DNA of 64,000 nt from Deltaproteobacteria bacterium. GTDB taxonomy: Bacteria; Desulfobacterota; Binatia; UBA12015. The stretch spans positions 8,381-72,380 of the forward strand of contig JAYGCM010000019.1 in assembly GCA_046583355.1 (NCBI GenBank), read 5' to 3'. Position numbers and translations under genes: made by a program. Shown piece by piece: positions 15,764 to 25,831 of the stretch. The notes below the pieces were generated by a model that was given only the letters and a program-made list of their open reading frames with translations, did not search any database and was not told the DNA's origin. How positions within the stretch are numbered: the stretch's first letter is position 1; each line of letters opens with the position of its first letter.

Positions 15764-17173
15764 TTATTCTCCTTCGCCGTTTTTGGCGTCTTCGGCCGAG
15801 AGGCCCAGCTCACGCATTTTCTGCTGGAAACTCTGGCGGTACATTCCCACATTCTCAGCGGCGCGCGTGATATTGCCACCTGTTCGGCGGAGCGCCTCGA
15901 GGAGAAAACGTTTCTCGAATGTCGAGACGACCTCGTCCTTCGCGTCACGAAAGGTCGAAGCCTCGCCCTGCGTATTCTTGCCGTTGGCCGCAGAAGGCAC
16001 CGGCGCCTCGGGCGCGCCGAGAAGATCGGCGGCTGTGATCTCGTCGCCATTCGCCAGCAACAGCGCCTGCTCGACGGCCGAGCGCAGCTCGCGCACATTG
16101 CCCGGCCAGGGGTGCTCCAGCGCGAGGCGCAGGGCGTCCCCGGTAAGGGGCTTGATCGCGCGCGACATCCTCTCGGCCGCGTCACTCAGAAAACGCTCGA
16201 GGAGCAGCGGGATATCATCGCGCCGCTCACGCAAAGCCGGCAGCCCGATCTCCACCACCTTGAGTCGGTAGTAGAGATCCTCGCGAAAAGTACCCTCGGC
16301 GACCATTTTTTCCAGATCCTGATTTGTCGCTGCGATCAGACGGACATCGACCGAAACGGGAATATTGCCGCCGACCCGCTCGAACTCTTTTTCCTGCACG
16401 GCGCGCAGCAACTTCGCCTGCGTCTCCAGCGGCATATCGCCGACCTCGTCGAGGAAGAGTGTGCCGCCATGGGCCGCTTCGAACTTCCCCTCGCGGCGGC
16501 TGGTCGCACCCGTAAACGAGCCCTTCTCGTGACCGAAAAGCTCACTCTCAACGAGTTCACGCGAAAGAGCGGCGCAATTCATCTTGATCAAGGCCCGATT
16601 GCGCCGCGGCGAGCGATAATGCAGGGCGTTGGCGACCAATTCCTTGCCTGTCCCGCTCTCCCCGCGAACCAGCACATTGATATCGGTATCGGCGACCTTC
16701 TCGATCATCGAAAAGACCCGATGCATCGCCGCGCTGCGACCGACGATCTGCCCCTCGGCAAAACTCCCCTGGACCTGTTCCAGAAGTCGGCGATGCTCGC
16801 GCTTGAGCAAGGCATTCTGCATGACGCGGCGCAGGACGATGCGCATCTCTTCGTTGTCGAAGGGTTTCGGAACGTAATCTTCGGCCCCCTTCTTCATTGC
16901 CTCGACCGCAACCTTCTCGGAACCATAGGCCGTGATCATCACGACCGAGGTCTCGGCGTCTTCCGCGCGTGCATGCGCCAGGACATCCATCCCCGAAAGC
17001 GTACCCAGACTGAGGTCCGTCAATACAACATCAAAGGCATTCGGTTTGATCTTGCGCACGGCCTCCTCGCCCGAAGAAGCCGTCTCCACCTGCCAACCTT
17101 CCTTTTTGAAGACACCGCGCAAGGCGAGCAGCAGCGCCTTCTCGTCATCCACGATCAGAAGTCGTCCGCGCAT
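15764..17173 (-). CDS. Sigma-54-dependent response regulator (REC-AAA+-Fis HTH, NtrC family)
   Basis: LIVDDE receiver; GESGTGKE; ESELFGHEKGSFTGA; FREDLYYRL; WPGNVREL; C-terminal HTH. Confidence 0.93.
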   Translation of the reverse strand: MRGRLLIVDDEKALLLALRGVFKKEGWQVETASSGEEAVRKIKPNAFDVVLTDLSLGTLSGMDVLAHARAEDAETSVVMITAYGSEKVAVEAMKKGAEDYVPKPFDNEEMRIVLRRVMQNALLKREHRRLLEQVQGSFAEGQIVGRSAAMHRVFSMIEKVADTDINVLVRGESGTGKELVANALHYRSPRRNRALIKMNCAALSRELVESELFGHEKGSFTGATSRREGKFEAAHGGTLFLDEVGDMPLETQAKLLRAVQEKEFERVGGNIPVSVDVRLIAATNQDLEKMVAEGTFREDLYYRLKVVEIGLPALRERRDDIPLLLERFLSDAAERMSRAIKPLTGDALRLALEHPWPGNVRELRSAVEQALLLANGDEITAADLLGAPEAPVPSAANGKNTQGEASTFRDAKDEVVSTFEKRFLLEALRRTGGNITRAAENVGMYRQSFQQKMRELGLSAEDAKNGEGE

Positions 17174-18372
17174 CAGGCCGCCTCCGTCCGTTCGGGCAGC
17201 GGCAAGGCGACGACGAATTCCGTACCTTCGCCGCGCTTGCTGCTGACGTCAATCGAGCCATCATGCGCCTCGACGACCTTCTTCGAGATCGCCATGCCCA
17301 GGCCCGTGCCGGTGGCCTTGGTGGTGAAGAAAGGATTGAAAATCCGGTCGATCTCCCCGGGCTTGATCCCCTCGCCATTATCGCGAACCCGGACACGTAC
17401 GCGGCCAGGCACACCATTTTCGATATAGAGTTCGATCTTCCGGTCGCTTTCCTTGCGGCTGGTGTCGCTGAAGGAGTCGATCGCGTTGTCGAAGATATTG
17501 GCGAAAACCGCACGTAATTTCTCCTTGTCGGCAATGATGGTCGGGCCACCGATATAGTTTCGCTGCACGACGACCTTCGCTTCGTCGAGCTTGCCGCGCA
17601 TCTCGGTCAAGGCGGCATCCACGATATCCGCGACCCGCACCTGGTCGAGCTCGATATCTTCCTCCTTGGCGAACTTCAGAAGGTGCGAGATGCTTTTCTC
17701 GACTCGGCCCAGCTCCTCGAGCGCGACCTGGGCATATTCGACATTCTCGATTGACCGCGGATCCTCGCCCATCTGCTGGACCAGACTTCGAGCCGCAGCA
17801 ACGGGGTTGCGGATCTCGTGTGCGATCGACGCCGAAAGCTCGTCAATGCTGGCCTGCTTCTCCGTGCGAACCTGCACCGTCTCGCGCCGAACTTCACGAT
17901 TGACTGCGGGTTCCCAATAGCGGTCATGCAAAGCACGACGGCCGTAGACTGCCATATAATGCGAGAAAACTCCGATGCCCCAGCCCAGCGCCGGCCAAAT
18001 GAACCAGGGGTAGTGCGTGGTCAGCAGATTCACGATAGCCAGCCCGCTCATCACGGCGAGATAGCTCGTGAGGTGGTTGTAGAAACCCATCTCGGCGCGG
18101 GCGCGCTTTTTCGCGCGCGCCAGGATCGCCTCCTCGGAGTCGCGCGCCGGAGCCTTTCTGCGCCGGCGGCGGTTTCTCTTATCGACGCGGCGGCGAGTCT
18201 TCGACGCCCAGCGCCGATCCCATTCTTCGTGCCAATGCGCGGCACCTTCGCTCCAGCGCGCATCCCCTTCGTCCAACTCGTAGCGCCGCCGGTAGCGGCC
18301 CACCCGGCGGTTGAAGTGGCGGTACAAATAATAGGCTAGAATCAATCCGAGAATGGGCATCATAATCTTCAC
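17173..18372 (-). CDS. Sensor histidine kinase with 2TM-type membrane domain
   Basis: H-box IAHEIRNP; N/G boxes NAID, DNGEG, FFTTK, GTGLG; FYNHLTSY...WFIWPALGWGIGVFSH resembles the 2TM domain. Confidence 0.88.
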   Translation of the reverse strand: MKIMMPILGLILAYYLYRHFNRRVGRYRRRYELDEGDARWSEGAAHWHEEWDRRWASKTRRRVDKRNRRRRRKAPARDSEEAILARAKKRARAEMGFYNHLTSYLAVMSGLAIVNLLTTHYPWFIWPALGWGIGVFSHYMAVYGRRALHDRYWEPAVNREVRRETVQVRTEKQASIDELSASIAHEIRNPVAAARSLVQQMGEDPRSIENVEYAQVALEELGRVEKSISHLLKFAKEEDIELDQVRVADIVDAALTEMRGKLDEAKVVVQRNYIGGPTIIADKEKLRAVFANIFDNAIDSFSDTSRKESDRKIELYIENGVPGRVRVRVRDNGEGIKPGEIDRIFNPFFTTKATGTGLGMAISKKVVEAHDGSIDVSSKRGEGTEFVVALPLPERTEAA

Positions 18373-18408
18373 AGCTCCCTTCGAGGTTCTGCGTGATCAG
18401 CTTCGAAT

Positions 18409-18424
18409 TGCAATGCTCGTGCCA
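18409..18424 (-). promoter_or_regulatory. Sigma-54 (-24/-12) promoter of the HK-RR-pspA operon
   Basis: Minus strand reads TGGCAC-GAGCA-TTGCA, an exact match to TGGCAC-N5-TTGCW, ~37 bp before the HK start. Confidence 0.85.
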
Positions 18425-18473
18425 GCTCCTACGCAGCCCCGGCCACCCAGAATGGACCTTTTGGGGCCCTCGC

Positions 18474-18505
18474 TGCAACAAATTTACTGCATCTAAAAGC
18501 CTGCA
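18474..18505. promoter_or_regulatory. Candidate upstream activating sequence for a sigma-54 activator
   Basis: TGCA-N10-TGCA-N10-TGCA with AT-rich spacers, 50-80 bp upstream of the -24 box. Confidence 0.5.
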
Positions 18506-18592
18506 CCGCAGCTTTCGGCCTGCGCTGGAGGTCCGGCCACCGAGCCGGGCGGCCTCCGAGTGCCGCAGGCGCAGGGGTATGGCCTGAAGATG

Positions 18593-18619
18593 CGGCCGAA
18601 AAGTAGGCCTGCATCCAGG
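18593..18619 (+). repeat. Dispersed intergenic repeat, copy 3
   Basis: CGGCCGAAAAGTAGGCCTGCATCCAGG. Confidence 0.55.
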
Positions 18620-18649
18620 TCCGGCGTCGCATTCATAGGGGTTTCGGGT

Positions 18650-19024
18650 ATGCCTTCTGCGATGCGGTGGCTTCCGATTCTGGCGACGCTGGTCTTCCTA
18701 CTCTCCGCTGCGGTCCAAGTGAATGATTCCGACTCTCTGCCCTGGATCATCATCTATATGCTGGCTGCGGGGATCGCGGCTGCCTCGGCGGCCGGCCGCC
18801 GAAACCCGATCGTCATCGCCTTCGGCCTGCTTGCCTGCCTGGCGCCAGCGCTTCCGCTGCTGCCCTCATTGGCCGTCGCCGAGGTCGCCTCGTTCACCAA
18901 TATCGGCATGGCAAACCTCGAAGACGAACAGGCGCGCGAAGCGCTTGGCTTGCTGATGGTGGCCGGCTGGACGGGCTGCCTGCTAGCGCTCACTTTGCGG
19001 GACGAAGAAAGATCTCGCCGCTAA
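18650..19024 (+). CDS. Transmembrane 220 (TMEM220-like) family protein
   Basis: FLLSAAVQVNDSDSLPWIIIY and E.AREALGL motifs; 4 hydrophobic segments; start could be 18662. Confidence 0.7.
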   Translation: MPSAMRWLPILATLVFLLSAAVQVNDSDSLPWIIIYMLAAGIAAASAAGRRNPIVIAFGLLACLAPALPLLPSLAVAEVASFTNIGMANLEDEQAREALGLLMVAGWTGCLLALTLRDEERSRR

Positions 19025-21416
19025 CCCGGCCCAGAGCGCCGAGCGCATCCTCGACCTCTAGTTCCAACGCGAAGAAGCCCTCGCCGTCCGGAGTACCTTC
19101 AATCCGGGATTTCTCCGTATTGATGACAAGACCCGGCGGCAGCACACCTTGCGTGACGCGGATCTGGTAGGGGGGCAAACCACGTTTGGGATTGAGGCGC
19201 ATCCGGTACTTCTTGCCATCGCGGCCGCGGCGAAAACGCTTGGCGCCCAGCTTGAAGGCCTTGAGGGACTCGATCTCATAATCGCGCGTAAGTCGCGTAC
19301 CCAAGGCATCTTCGACGCTCACACGGATCGTCCGCGCACGGCGGCGGTGCAGCGGCGTGCCCGTGATACGCCCGTCTGTCGTGAGCACCAATCCCTCGGG
19401 CAACTCGCCCGACACCACGCGACAATCATAGGGCGGCGTGCCACCACCCACACCGAGATCGACCTCGTAGGAAAGGTCTTCTTCGGCCGGCGGCAAGGTC
19501 TCGAGGCCGATCGCCAGCGGCGGCACCTCGCCTCGCCAATATTGATTGGCACGCGCCCATACGGCCGGCCCGATATCGTCGCCCATTTTGCGGCCGGGAA
19601 TATCATCGGCGGGCGGATGAATCCCGCCCCAGATCCGCGACAGCGAACATTGATCCGACGCATCATAATACGAAGCCCATTGCAGGGTCACATCCACGCT
19701 CGGACCGTCCTCAAAAACCAGAAATTCGTTCTTGGGCGCGGCAAACTCGCCAAGCCCACCGGGGAAGAAGGGCGAACCCGTCAGCCGGTGCAGGACGACC
19801 GCAGCCGTGCGGCTATAGGTACTATGGCCCGAGACATAGCCGGCAAAGGGGGGCGTCACGAAGGATGCCCTCTGGTAGGGCCACCAATTCTCGGCAAGGA
19901 TCCAGCCCACACCAGCGGTATCGCGCAGAGGATTGTTCACTTCCTCATGACCTTGCCAGACCTTCAGCGCGATCTTGCCCTCGTGACCACGCAGATGACG
20001 ATGCTTTTTGCGCCGCCGCGTGGTCTCGGGCGTGACCAATTCGATGATCTCCGGATAGAGGCGAATGCCGTCCGGGTGGTAGGAAAGCGCGGTCGGATCC
20101 GAGCTCTGGCCGCTATCGGCAAGCGCGCGCATTGCGGAAATGGGGCGGACGAAATCATAATAGCCCTTGACGCTCCAGGCGGCGATCGCAGCATCATGCA
20201 TCGCGCCGCCGAGCAGCATATAGGCCTTCACATCCCATTCGAGATCGTCGACCGGCTCGCCCTCGCCCGCGATCCGCTTCGCAAGTAATTCGTGGTCGTT
20301 CACATAGTTCAGAATGACGAACCAATGCCCCGGCGGCGTCTCGGAGTCCGGACCGTCGGCCCAGAACTCGGCCAGCACACGAGCGTAATCGCCACGCGGA
20401 ACCAGCTGTTCGGCATAGGGCTCGCCGGTCACCGGATTGGCGGCATAGCCGGGCGAGCCGTCGCCACCATTGGTCAGATCATAAAACGAAGGCCAATCCT
20501 CCAGCGTTGCCGGCAATGTGGCCGCGCCGATCGAGGCGGGTGAGATATCCCATAGGACACCGTCGGTCGGGTCGAGGTGCCCCGACCAGGCGGCGACCAA
20601 CTCAAAGCCCCAGCGATACGCAGCATCGGTGTCTGTACCAAAAAGCGGCGGCGGGCCCGGGTCGTGCCAGATGGACCAGCCATAGCCGTCGCGCTGGCGG
20701 ATCGTGCGGCGCGCAGGGGACAGGGAGAAAGGCGTGACCTCGCCCCACTCCGGGCCGAGGAACTCCGGGTAGCCGCCGAGAATCGGATTGCCGGATTGAT
20801 CGACAAAAAATTCCAGCGCCAGAGCCTGCCAGCGGTTCCTGTCGAGGATATCCGGGTTGCCGGCAAGCGCGGGCAGGAGCGGCGGGTTCACCGTCTGATA
20901 AACTTGATTGACGTACCCACCGGCCTCGTTCGAGCCATCCTGCAGGCCGAAGACGAGAATGCGGGCCGCTATGCGGTTACCGATGGCGGCGGGCGAGTTG
21001 CCCACCGTAGTGGTGATGGAAACCGGATAGCCAAGCTCGGCCATCAGCGCGTCGTAGGTCGGCAATAGGGTCGCCGCGCCGGGCGAGCCAGCAAACCGCA
21101 CGCGCAGAACCCGATAGACAGCGTAGCTGATCGCCTCGTCACGAGCGGCGCTCGGGTCGGCAGCCATATGCTGCTCGCCGAAAAGAACAGGCGACGCCGT
21201 GGCATCGAAAGTCGCCCACGCATCCCACATCGCCAAAGAGAGGTGGAAGAGGTTGCGCGCATGGACGGTGGGGCGCGCGAGGTCCTTGCGGATCGAGTCC
21301 AGCGTCAGCTCATTCCATTGACGCGCTACCGAATGCGGGCCCGTGGCGGCTGCCGGAAGTGCCGCGGCGAGGAAGAAGAGAATCGAGACAACGAGGAGCG
21401 CGGATTTTTTCATCAT
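18990..21416 (-). CDS. Secreted vanadium haloperoxidase-like / PAP2 superfamily protein with C-terminal putative Ig domains
   Basis: Signal peptide; KGYYDFVRP, PPFAGYVSGHS, SRIWGGIH active-site motifs; two GGTPPY..LPxGL..I.GTP repeats. Confidence 0.8.
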   Translation of the reverse strand: MMKKSALLVVSILFFLAAALPAAATGPHSVARQWNELTLDSIRKDLARPTVHARNLFHLSLAMWDAWATFDATASPVLFGEQHMAADPSAARDEAISYAVYRVLRVRFAGSPGAATLLPTYDALMAELGYPVSITTTVGNSPAAIGNRIAARILVFGLQDGSNEAGGYVNQVYQTVNPPLLPALAGNPDILDRNRWQALALEFFVDQSGNPILGGYPEFLGPEWGEVTPFSLSPARRTIRQRDGYGWSIWHDPGPPPLFGTDTDAAYRWGFELVAAWSGHLDPTDGVLWDISPASIGAATLPATLEDWPSFYDLTNGGDGSPGYAANPVTGEPYAEQLVPRGDYARVLAEFWADGPDSETPPGHWFVILNYVNDHELLAKRIAGEGEPVDDLEWDVKAYMLLGGAMHDAAIAAWSVKGYYDFVRPISAMRALADSGQSSDPTALSYHPDGIRLYPEIIELVTPETTRRRKKHRHLRGHEGKIALKVWQGHEEVNNPLRDTAGVGWILAENWWPYQRASFVTPPFAGYVSGHSTYSRTAAVVLHRLTGSPFFPGGLGEFAAPKNEFLVFEDGPSVDVTLQWASYYDASDQCSLSRIWGGIHPPADDIPGRKMGDDIGPAVWARANQYWRGEVPPLAIGLETLPPAEEDLSYEVDLGVGGGTPPYDCRVVSGELPEGLVLTTDGRITGTPLHRRRARTIRVSVEDALGTRLTRDYEIESLKAFKLGAKRFRRGRDGKKYRMRLNPKRGLPPYQIRVTQGVLPPGLVINTEKSRIEGTPDGEGFFALELEVEDALGALGRVSGEIFLRPAK

Positions 21417-21566
21417 GAGCTGAAGTTGGTGCGGGCGTGAAGGCCTGGTCCAAAAACCCAGGAACGACTGACAGTATACGAAACCTGCGGCACTCCGGTC
21501 GAGGCCCTAAATGTAGATTCAACAACCTCTGGCCGCAGCCATGACCATTCGCTAGCAAGATATGAG

Positions 21567-22706
21567 ATGTTCTCAGTTTCGCAGAAAAGAAAGCTGCTCT
21601 GCCTGGGCCTCAGCGCAGCTCTGCTGCCGGCCGCCGGCTGCGCGAGCGAACCCGTGCGGAGTCAGGAACCCACGGCGCTCGCCAGCGAGCGCGCCCGTCC
21701 GGCCATCCGCGTCCAGGTCGCACGAGTCCGCAAGGGTCAGCTGGATATCCAGCCGCGCGCAACCGGGATCAGCCGGGCCTTTCGCCGGGCCACGATCGCC
21801 GCCGAAATCGGGGGCCGCGTTCTCGAGCGAAGGGCCGAGGCCGGCGACCGGGTCGAGGCCGGAACACCGCTCCTGGTGCTCGACCGGCGCCGCCCCGGCC
21901 TCATCCGCGACGAGGCCCGCGCCCGATTGCGCTCACGCGAGACCGACCTCGCCGAGGCCAAACGCGAGCTTGCGCGCGGCCAGGACCTCGCCCACCAGCA
22001 GGCACTCAGCGAGAGCGAACTCGACCACCTGAACTCGCAACGCGACCGCGCAGCCGCTGCGCTTGCGCTTGCCCGCGCCGGGGCGGCCCGCGCCGAGCAG
22101 GATTTTGCGGATGCGACCGTACGCGCCCCCTTTGCCGGCAGCGTCGAGCGGGTCCACGCCGATGTGGGTGATTATCTTCAGCCCGGCACTCCCGTCGCCG
22201 TCGTCATCGACCTCTCGCGGGTCCGCGTTCAGACCGGCGTCACCGCGACCGAGGCCGCCCGACTGCACGAGAAAATGCCCGTGACGCTCATCTTCGATGC
22301 CGGCGATGGCCGCATGCGAACCAGCACCATCCGCAGCATCGGCCGGCTGGCCGATGCCCGGACCGGCACCTACCCGGTGGAAATTTGGCTGGATAATGCA
22401 GACGGCTCGATCCGCGACGGCATGATGGCCTCGATCGGCTTCACCCGCGATCAGACCTCTTCGGTTCCTCTGGTGCCGCGCGCCGCATTGGCACGCAACC
22501 GCCGCGGCGTCGTCATCTATGTGGTCGAAGGAGAGGGCGAGATCCGACAGGCCGTCATGCGCGAGGTCCGTCTCGGGCGCAGCGACCAGACCCATATCGA
22601 AGTCCTCGGCGGCCTCGAGCCGGGCGAGGTCGTCATCACCGACGGGCATTTTGCCATCGAAGATGGCGCGCCCATCGTGATCGATCGCGCCAGCGCGGGA
22701 GCATAG
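21567..22706 (+). CDS. RND efflux periplasmic adaptor (MFP), probable lipoprotein
   Basis: AAGC lipobox; AEIGGRV..GDRV..G; VRAPFAG; GLEPGEVVITDG. Confidence 0.88.
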   Translation: MFSVSQKRKLLCLGLSAALLPAAGCASEPVRSQEPTALASERARPAIRVQVARVRKGQLDIQPRATGISRAFRRATIAAEIGGRVLERRAEAGDRVEAGTPLLVLDRRRPGLIRDEARARLRSRETDLAEAKRELARGQDLAHQQALSESELDHLNSQRDRAAAALALARAGAARAEQDFADATVRAPFAGSVERVHADVGDYLQPGTPVAVVIDLSRVRVQTGVTATEAARLHEKMPVTLIFDAGDGRMRTSTIRSIGRLADARTGTYPVEIWLDNADGSIRDGMMASIGFTRDQTSSVPLVPRAALARNRRGVVIYVVEGEGEIRQAVMREVRLGRSDQTHIEVLGGLEPGEVVITDGHFAIEDGAPIVIDRASAGA

Positions 22707-22713
22707 GCCAGCC

Positions 22714-25700
22714 GTGGAACGTCTCGTACGTTGGTTCGTCGAGCGCCATCTCGTCGTCAATATCATCGTCGTCGTGATCGTCGTTCTCGGCGTGCGCTCG
22801 CTGACCAGCGCGCCGCGCGAAACGTTTCCGAATATCACCATGCCCGTGCTCTTCGTCGGGGCGGCCCTGCCCGGCGCCGCGGCGCAGGATATCGAGACCA
22901 AGCTCACCTTGCCGATCGAGGAAGCGATCGAGGGCCTCGATGGCGTCAAGGATTTCACCTCGGTCATCACCGACAATGCGACCCAGACCGAAATCCACTT
23001 CCCCGAAGACGTCACCGACGAGCGGATCCGCGAAGCCGAGCAGGAACTGCGCGCACTGATCGATGCCATCACTGATTTCCCGCCGGAGATGGAGGACGAA
23101 CCCTACGTCAATCGGGTGAACTCGAAACGTTTTCCGGTGGTACAGATCGCCCTTGCGGGACCGGCCCATGCGGTAGTGGAAACCGCCGAACGCCTGGAGC
23201 GTGAGCTACGCCGCCTCGATCCCGTCTCGCGCATCTCCACCATCGGGCTCGAAGACCCCGAGATGCGCATCCTCATCGACCCGCTGCGTGCGCGCGCCCA
23301 TCACATCACGATTCTCGACGTGGTCCATGCCATCGGACAAAACAATATCTCCAATACCGGCGGCGTATTGGAGACCCCCAGTGAACGACGCCAGGTCGTC
23401 CTCTGGAACCGGATCGACGACCCGAGCACCGTCGGGGACACGGTGCTGCGCTACCTTCCCGACGGCGGCGCCTTGCACGTCTCCGATATCGCGCGGATAG
23501 AAAGCGCCCGCGAAGACCGCGGCTTGATCGTCCACACCAACGGACAACCCGGCATCGCGCTCTGGGTCATCAAACGCGACGGCGCGGATGTGCTGGATGC
23601 GGTCGACGAAATCCGGGCTTTCCTGGACGATTTCGCCATGCCCGCTGGCGTCTCCGCAACTCTCCTGGACGACGACTCCCATTGGACACGCAACCGCATC
23701 GACCTCATCACGACCAACGGCTTTGTCGGTGGAATCATCATCGCCATTGTCCTCTTTGCCTTCCTCTCACGCAGGGTCGCCCTCTGGGTATTGATCGGCG
23801 TGCCGGTGGTCTTCCTCGGCACCTTCGCGCTCTTCCCCATTTTCGACCTGACCATCAACGTCATCACGCTGACCGGCTGCGTCGTCGTGCTCGGCATGTT
23901 GGTCGACGACGCCGTGGTCGTGGCGGAGCGGATCACCAGCCTGCGCCAGGAGGGCATGAGCCGTAACGAAGCCGCGGTCAAGGGCGCCATGGAGATGGTG
24001 CGGCCAGTGATGGCCTCCGCCGTCACCACCATACTGGCCTTCATGCCGATGTGGTCGATCGGCGGCATGGCCGGCAAGATGCTGCGCACGCTGCCGACCG
24101 TCGTGATCCTGGCGCTCGTCATCTCGCTTTTCGAGACTTTCTTTTTGCTGCCGGGCCATATGACGATGGCGACCAAGGCGCCGCCCGCGCGCCGCGCCTT
24201 CGTTTTGCGACTCGAGGCGATTTACCGCCGCCATCTCGCCACCTTGCTGCACCACCGCGGCCTGGTCGTGTTCAGCTTCATCGCCATCCTCATAATCGCC
24301 TTCGCCGTAGTCGGGCCACGCACGCGCGTGATGATCTTCCCGCAGGACGACTCGCAATCCCTCTTCGTGAAGGTCCTATTGCCGCCCGGAACTCCGATCG
24401 AGAGAACCGAGGCCGTCGCCGCCGCCATCGAGCGTCAGATCCCGGATCTGGTCGGCGCCGATCTACTCGCCGTAACCGCAAGAATCGGCCACAGCGTGGC
24501 CGATGCCGGCTTCGAGCGCGACACAGGTGCCAGCACCAACGAGGCCGTCGTGCGTGCGATCTTCGACGCCACGCGGAAGCGGTCGACTTCCAGTGCCGAA
24601 TGGGCCGCGATCTTCCGCGAGAACATCATCGTCCCGCCCGAGGCCGATATCCTCTATACCGCCGAGGTCCTCGGCCCGCCGATGGGCTACCCGGTCGAAA
24701 TCTACGTCGAGAGCAATGACAACCTGACCCGCCGCCAAGCCACCGCCGAGGTCGCGGATTGGCTGGCCAACATCGACGGAATCTCGAATATTGATGTCGA
24801 CGAACGCCCCGGCATCGCCCAGATCGACCTCAACCTCGACGCCGAGCGCACAGCCCTGCGCGGCCTCACGGCCCAGGACGTCGGCCATACTCTGCAGGCC
24901 GCCTTCTACGGTATCCCTGCATCCGAGCACCGCGAACTCGATGCAACGACGCGCTTCCTGGTAACCCTGGAGCCTGCCTACCGCGATTCGCTCGATTCGC
25001 TGCTCGAATTACCCGTCCGGTCGAATACGGGCGAGCTCGTACAATTGCGCGATGTCGTCAACCCGGTCGAAATGCCGGCGCTCTCGCGCATCTACCACCG
25101 CAATGGCGTGCGAGCGACTACCGTCACCGCTAGTTTTGTTCCCGATAGCGGGCATACGGCGCTGGCAATGGCGCAAAGGATGGACCGCGAACTCCTGCCC
25201 CGCTTCGCCAAACGCGTTGGTATCAACGTGCGGCTTGGCGGCGAGGCTGTCGAGAGCCGGAAGACCGGCGGCGATATCGGCATGGCCGCACTGATTTCGA
25301 TTGCCGGCATCACCGTGACCATCGCCTTGATGCTGGGCTCTTTTCTGGAGGCCTTCCTCCTCATCCCGATCATCCCCTTTGCCGTGGCCATGGTGCTGGT
25401 CGTCTTCTTCCTGCACGACCAGCCACTCTCGCTTTTTGCCATGACCGGCACCATCGGCCTCTCGGGTGTGGTGGTGAACTCGGCCATCGTCATGGTCGAT
25501 GCCATCCACCGGCGCACCAACGGCCGCGAACTCTTCGGTCAGGAACGCGAAGACGTCATCATCGAAGCGGCCAGCGGGCGCCTGCGCCCGGTCCTCGTCA
25601 CCTCGATTACGACGCTTGGCGGTGTGATTCCCATGGCCTACGGCATCGGTGGCTACGACGCCGTCGTCGCACCCATCTCACTTGCCTTGGGCTGGGGCCT

Positions 25701-25797
25701 GGCCCTGACCACGGCGGCCAGCCTGGCGCTGGTGCCGGTATTCTACACCATCGCCGGCGATCTCCGCGCCTTCGCCAGCCGCTTCCGCAACCGCTGA
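22714..25797 (+). CDS. RND efflux permease (AcrB/AcrD/AcrF family)
   Basis: 1027 aa; GMLVDDAVVV; GVVVNSAIVMVD; RLRPVLVTSITT. Confidence 0.92.
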   Translation: MERLVRWFVERHLVVNIIVVVIVVLGVRSLTSAPRETFPNITMPVLFVGAALPGAAAQDIETKLTLPIEEAIEGLDGVKDFTSVITDNATQTEIHFPEDVTDERIREAEQELRALIDAITDFPPEMEDEPYVNRVNSKRFPVVQIALAGPAHAVVETAERLERELRRLDPVSRISTIGLEDPEMRILIDPLRARAHHITILDVVHAIGQNNISNTGGVLETPSERRQVVLWNRIDDPSTVGDTVLRYLPDGGALHVSDIARIESAREDRGLIVHTNGQPGIALWVIKRDGADVLDAVDEIRAFLDDFAMPAGVSATLLDDDSHWTRNRIDLITTNGFVGGIIIAIVLFAFLSRRVALWVLIGVPVVFLGTFALFPIFDLTINVITLTGCVVVLGMLVDDAVVVAERITSLRQEGMSRNEAAVKGAMEMVRPVMASAVTTILAFMPMWSIGGMAGKMLRTLPTVVILALVISLFETFFLLPGHMTMATKAPPARRAFVLRLEAIYRRHLATLLHHRGLVVFSFIAILIIAFAVVGPRTRVMIFPQDDSQSLFVKVLLPPGTPIERTEAVAAAIERQIPDLVGADLLAVTARIGHSVADAGFERDTGASTNEAVVRAIFDATRKRSTSSAEWAAIFRENIIVPPEADILYTAEVLGPPMGYPVEIYVESNDNLTRRQATAEVADWLANIDGISNIDVDERPGIAQIDLNLDAERTALRGLTAQDVGHTLQAAFYGIPASEHRELDATTRFLVTLEPAYRDSLDSLLELPVRSNTGELVQLRDVVNPVEMPALSRIYHRNGVRATTVTASFVPDSGHTALAMAQRMDRELLPRFAKRVGINVRLGGEAVESRKTGGDIGMAALISIAGITVTIALMLGSFLEAFLLIPIIPFAVAMVLVVFFLHDQPLSLFAMTGTIGLSGVVVNSAIVMVDAIHRRTNGRELFGQEREDVIIEAASGRLRPVLVTSITTLGGVIPMAYGIGGYDAVVAPISLALGWGLALTTAASLALVPVFYTIAGDLRAFASRFRNR

Positions 25798-25831
25798 AGC
25801 CGCGCGCCGTTGCCACACTACGGAGCGTGGC

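Noticed and set aside
15763..16185. Possible N-terminal extension or fusion of PspA (385-aa ORF)
   Set aside because: Overlaps the response regulator in another frame; PspA has its own RBS and canonical start at 15762
11930..17428. Long + strand ORFs (11930..13567, 13829..15604, 15686..17428)
   Set aside because: Antisense shadows of well-supported minus-strand genes, common in high-GC DNA; no motifs
21563..21575. TGAGA-TGT-TCTCA palindrome at the MFP start as TetR-type operator
   Set aside because: Only 5-bp arms and no regulator gene nearby; could be chance
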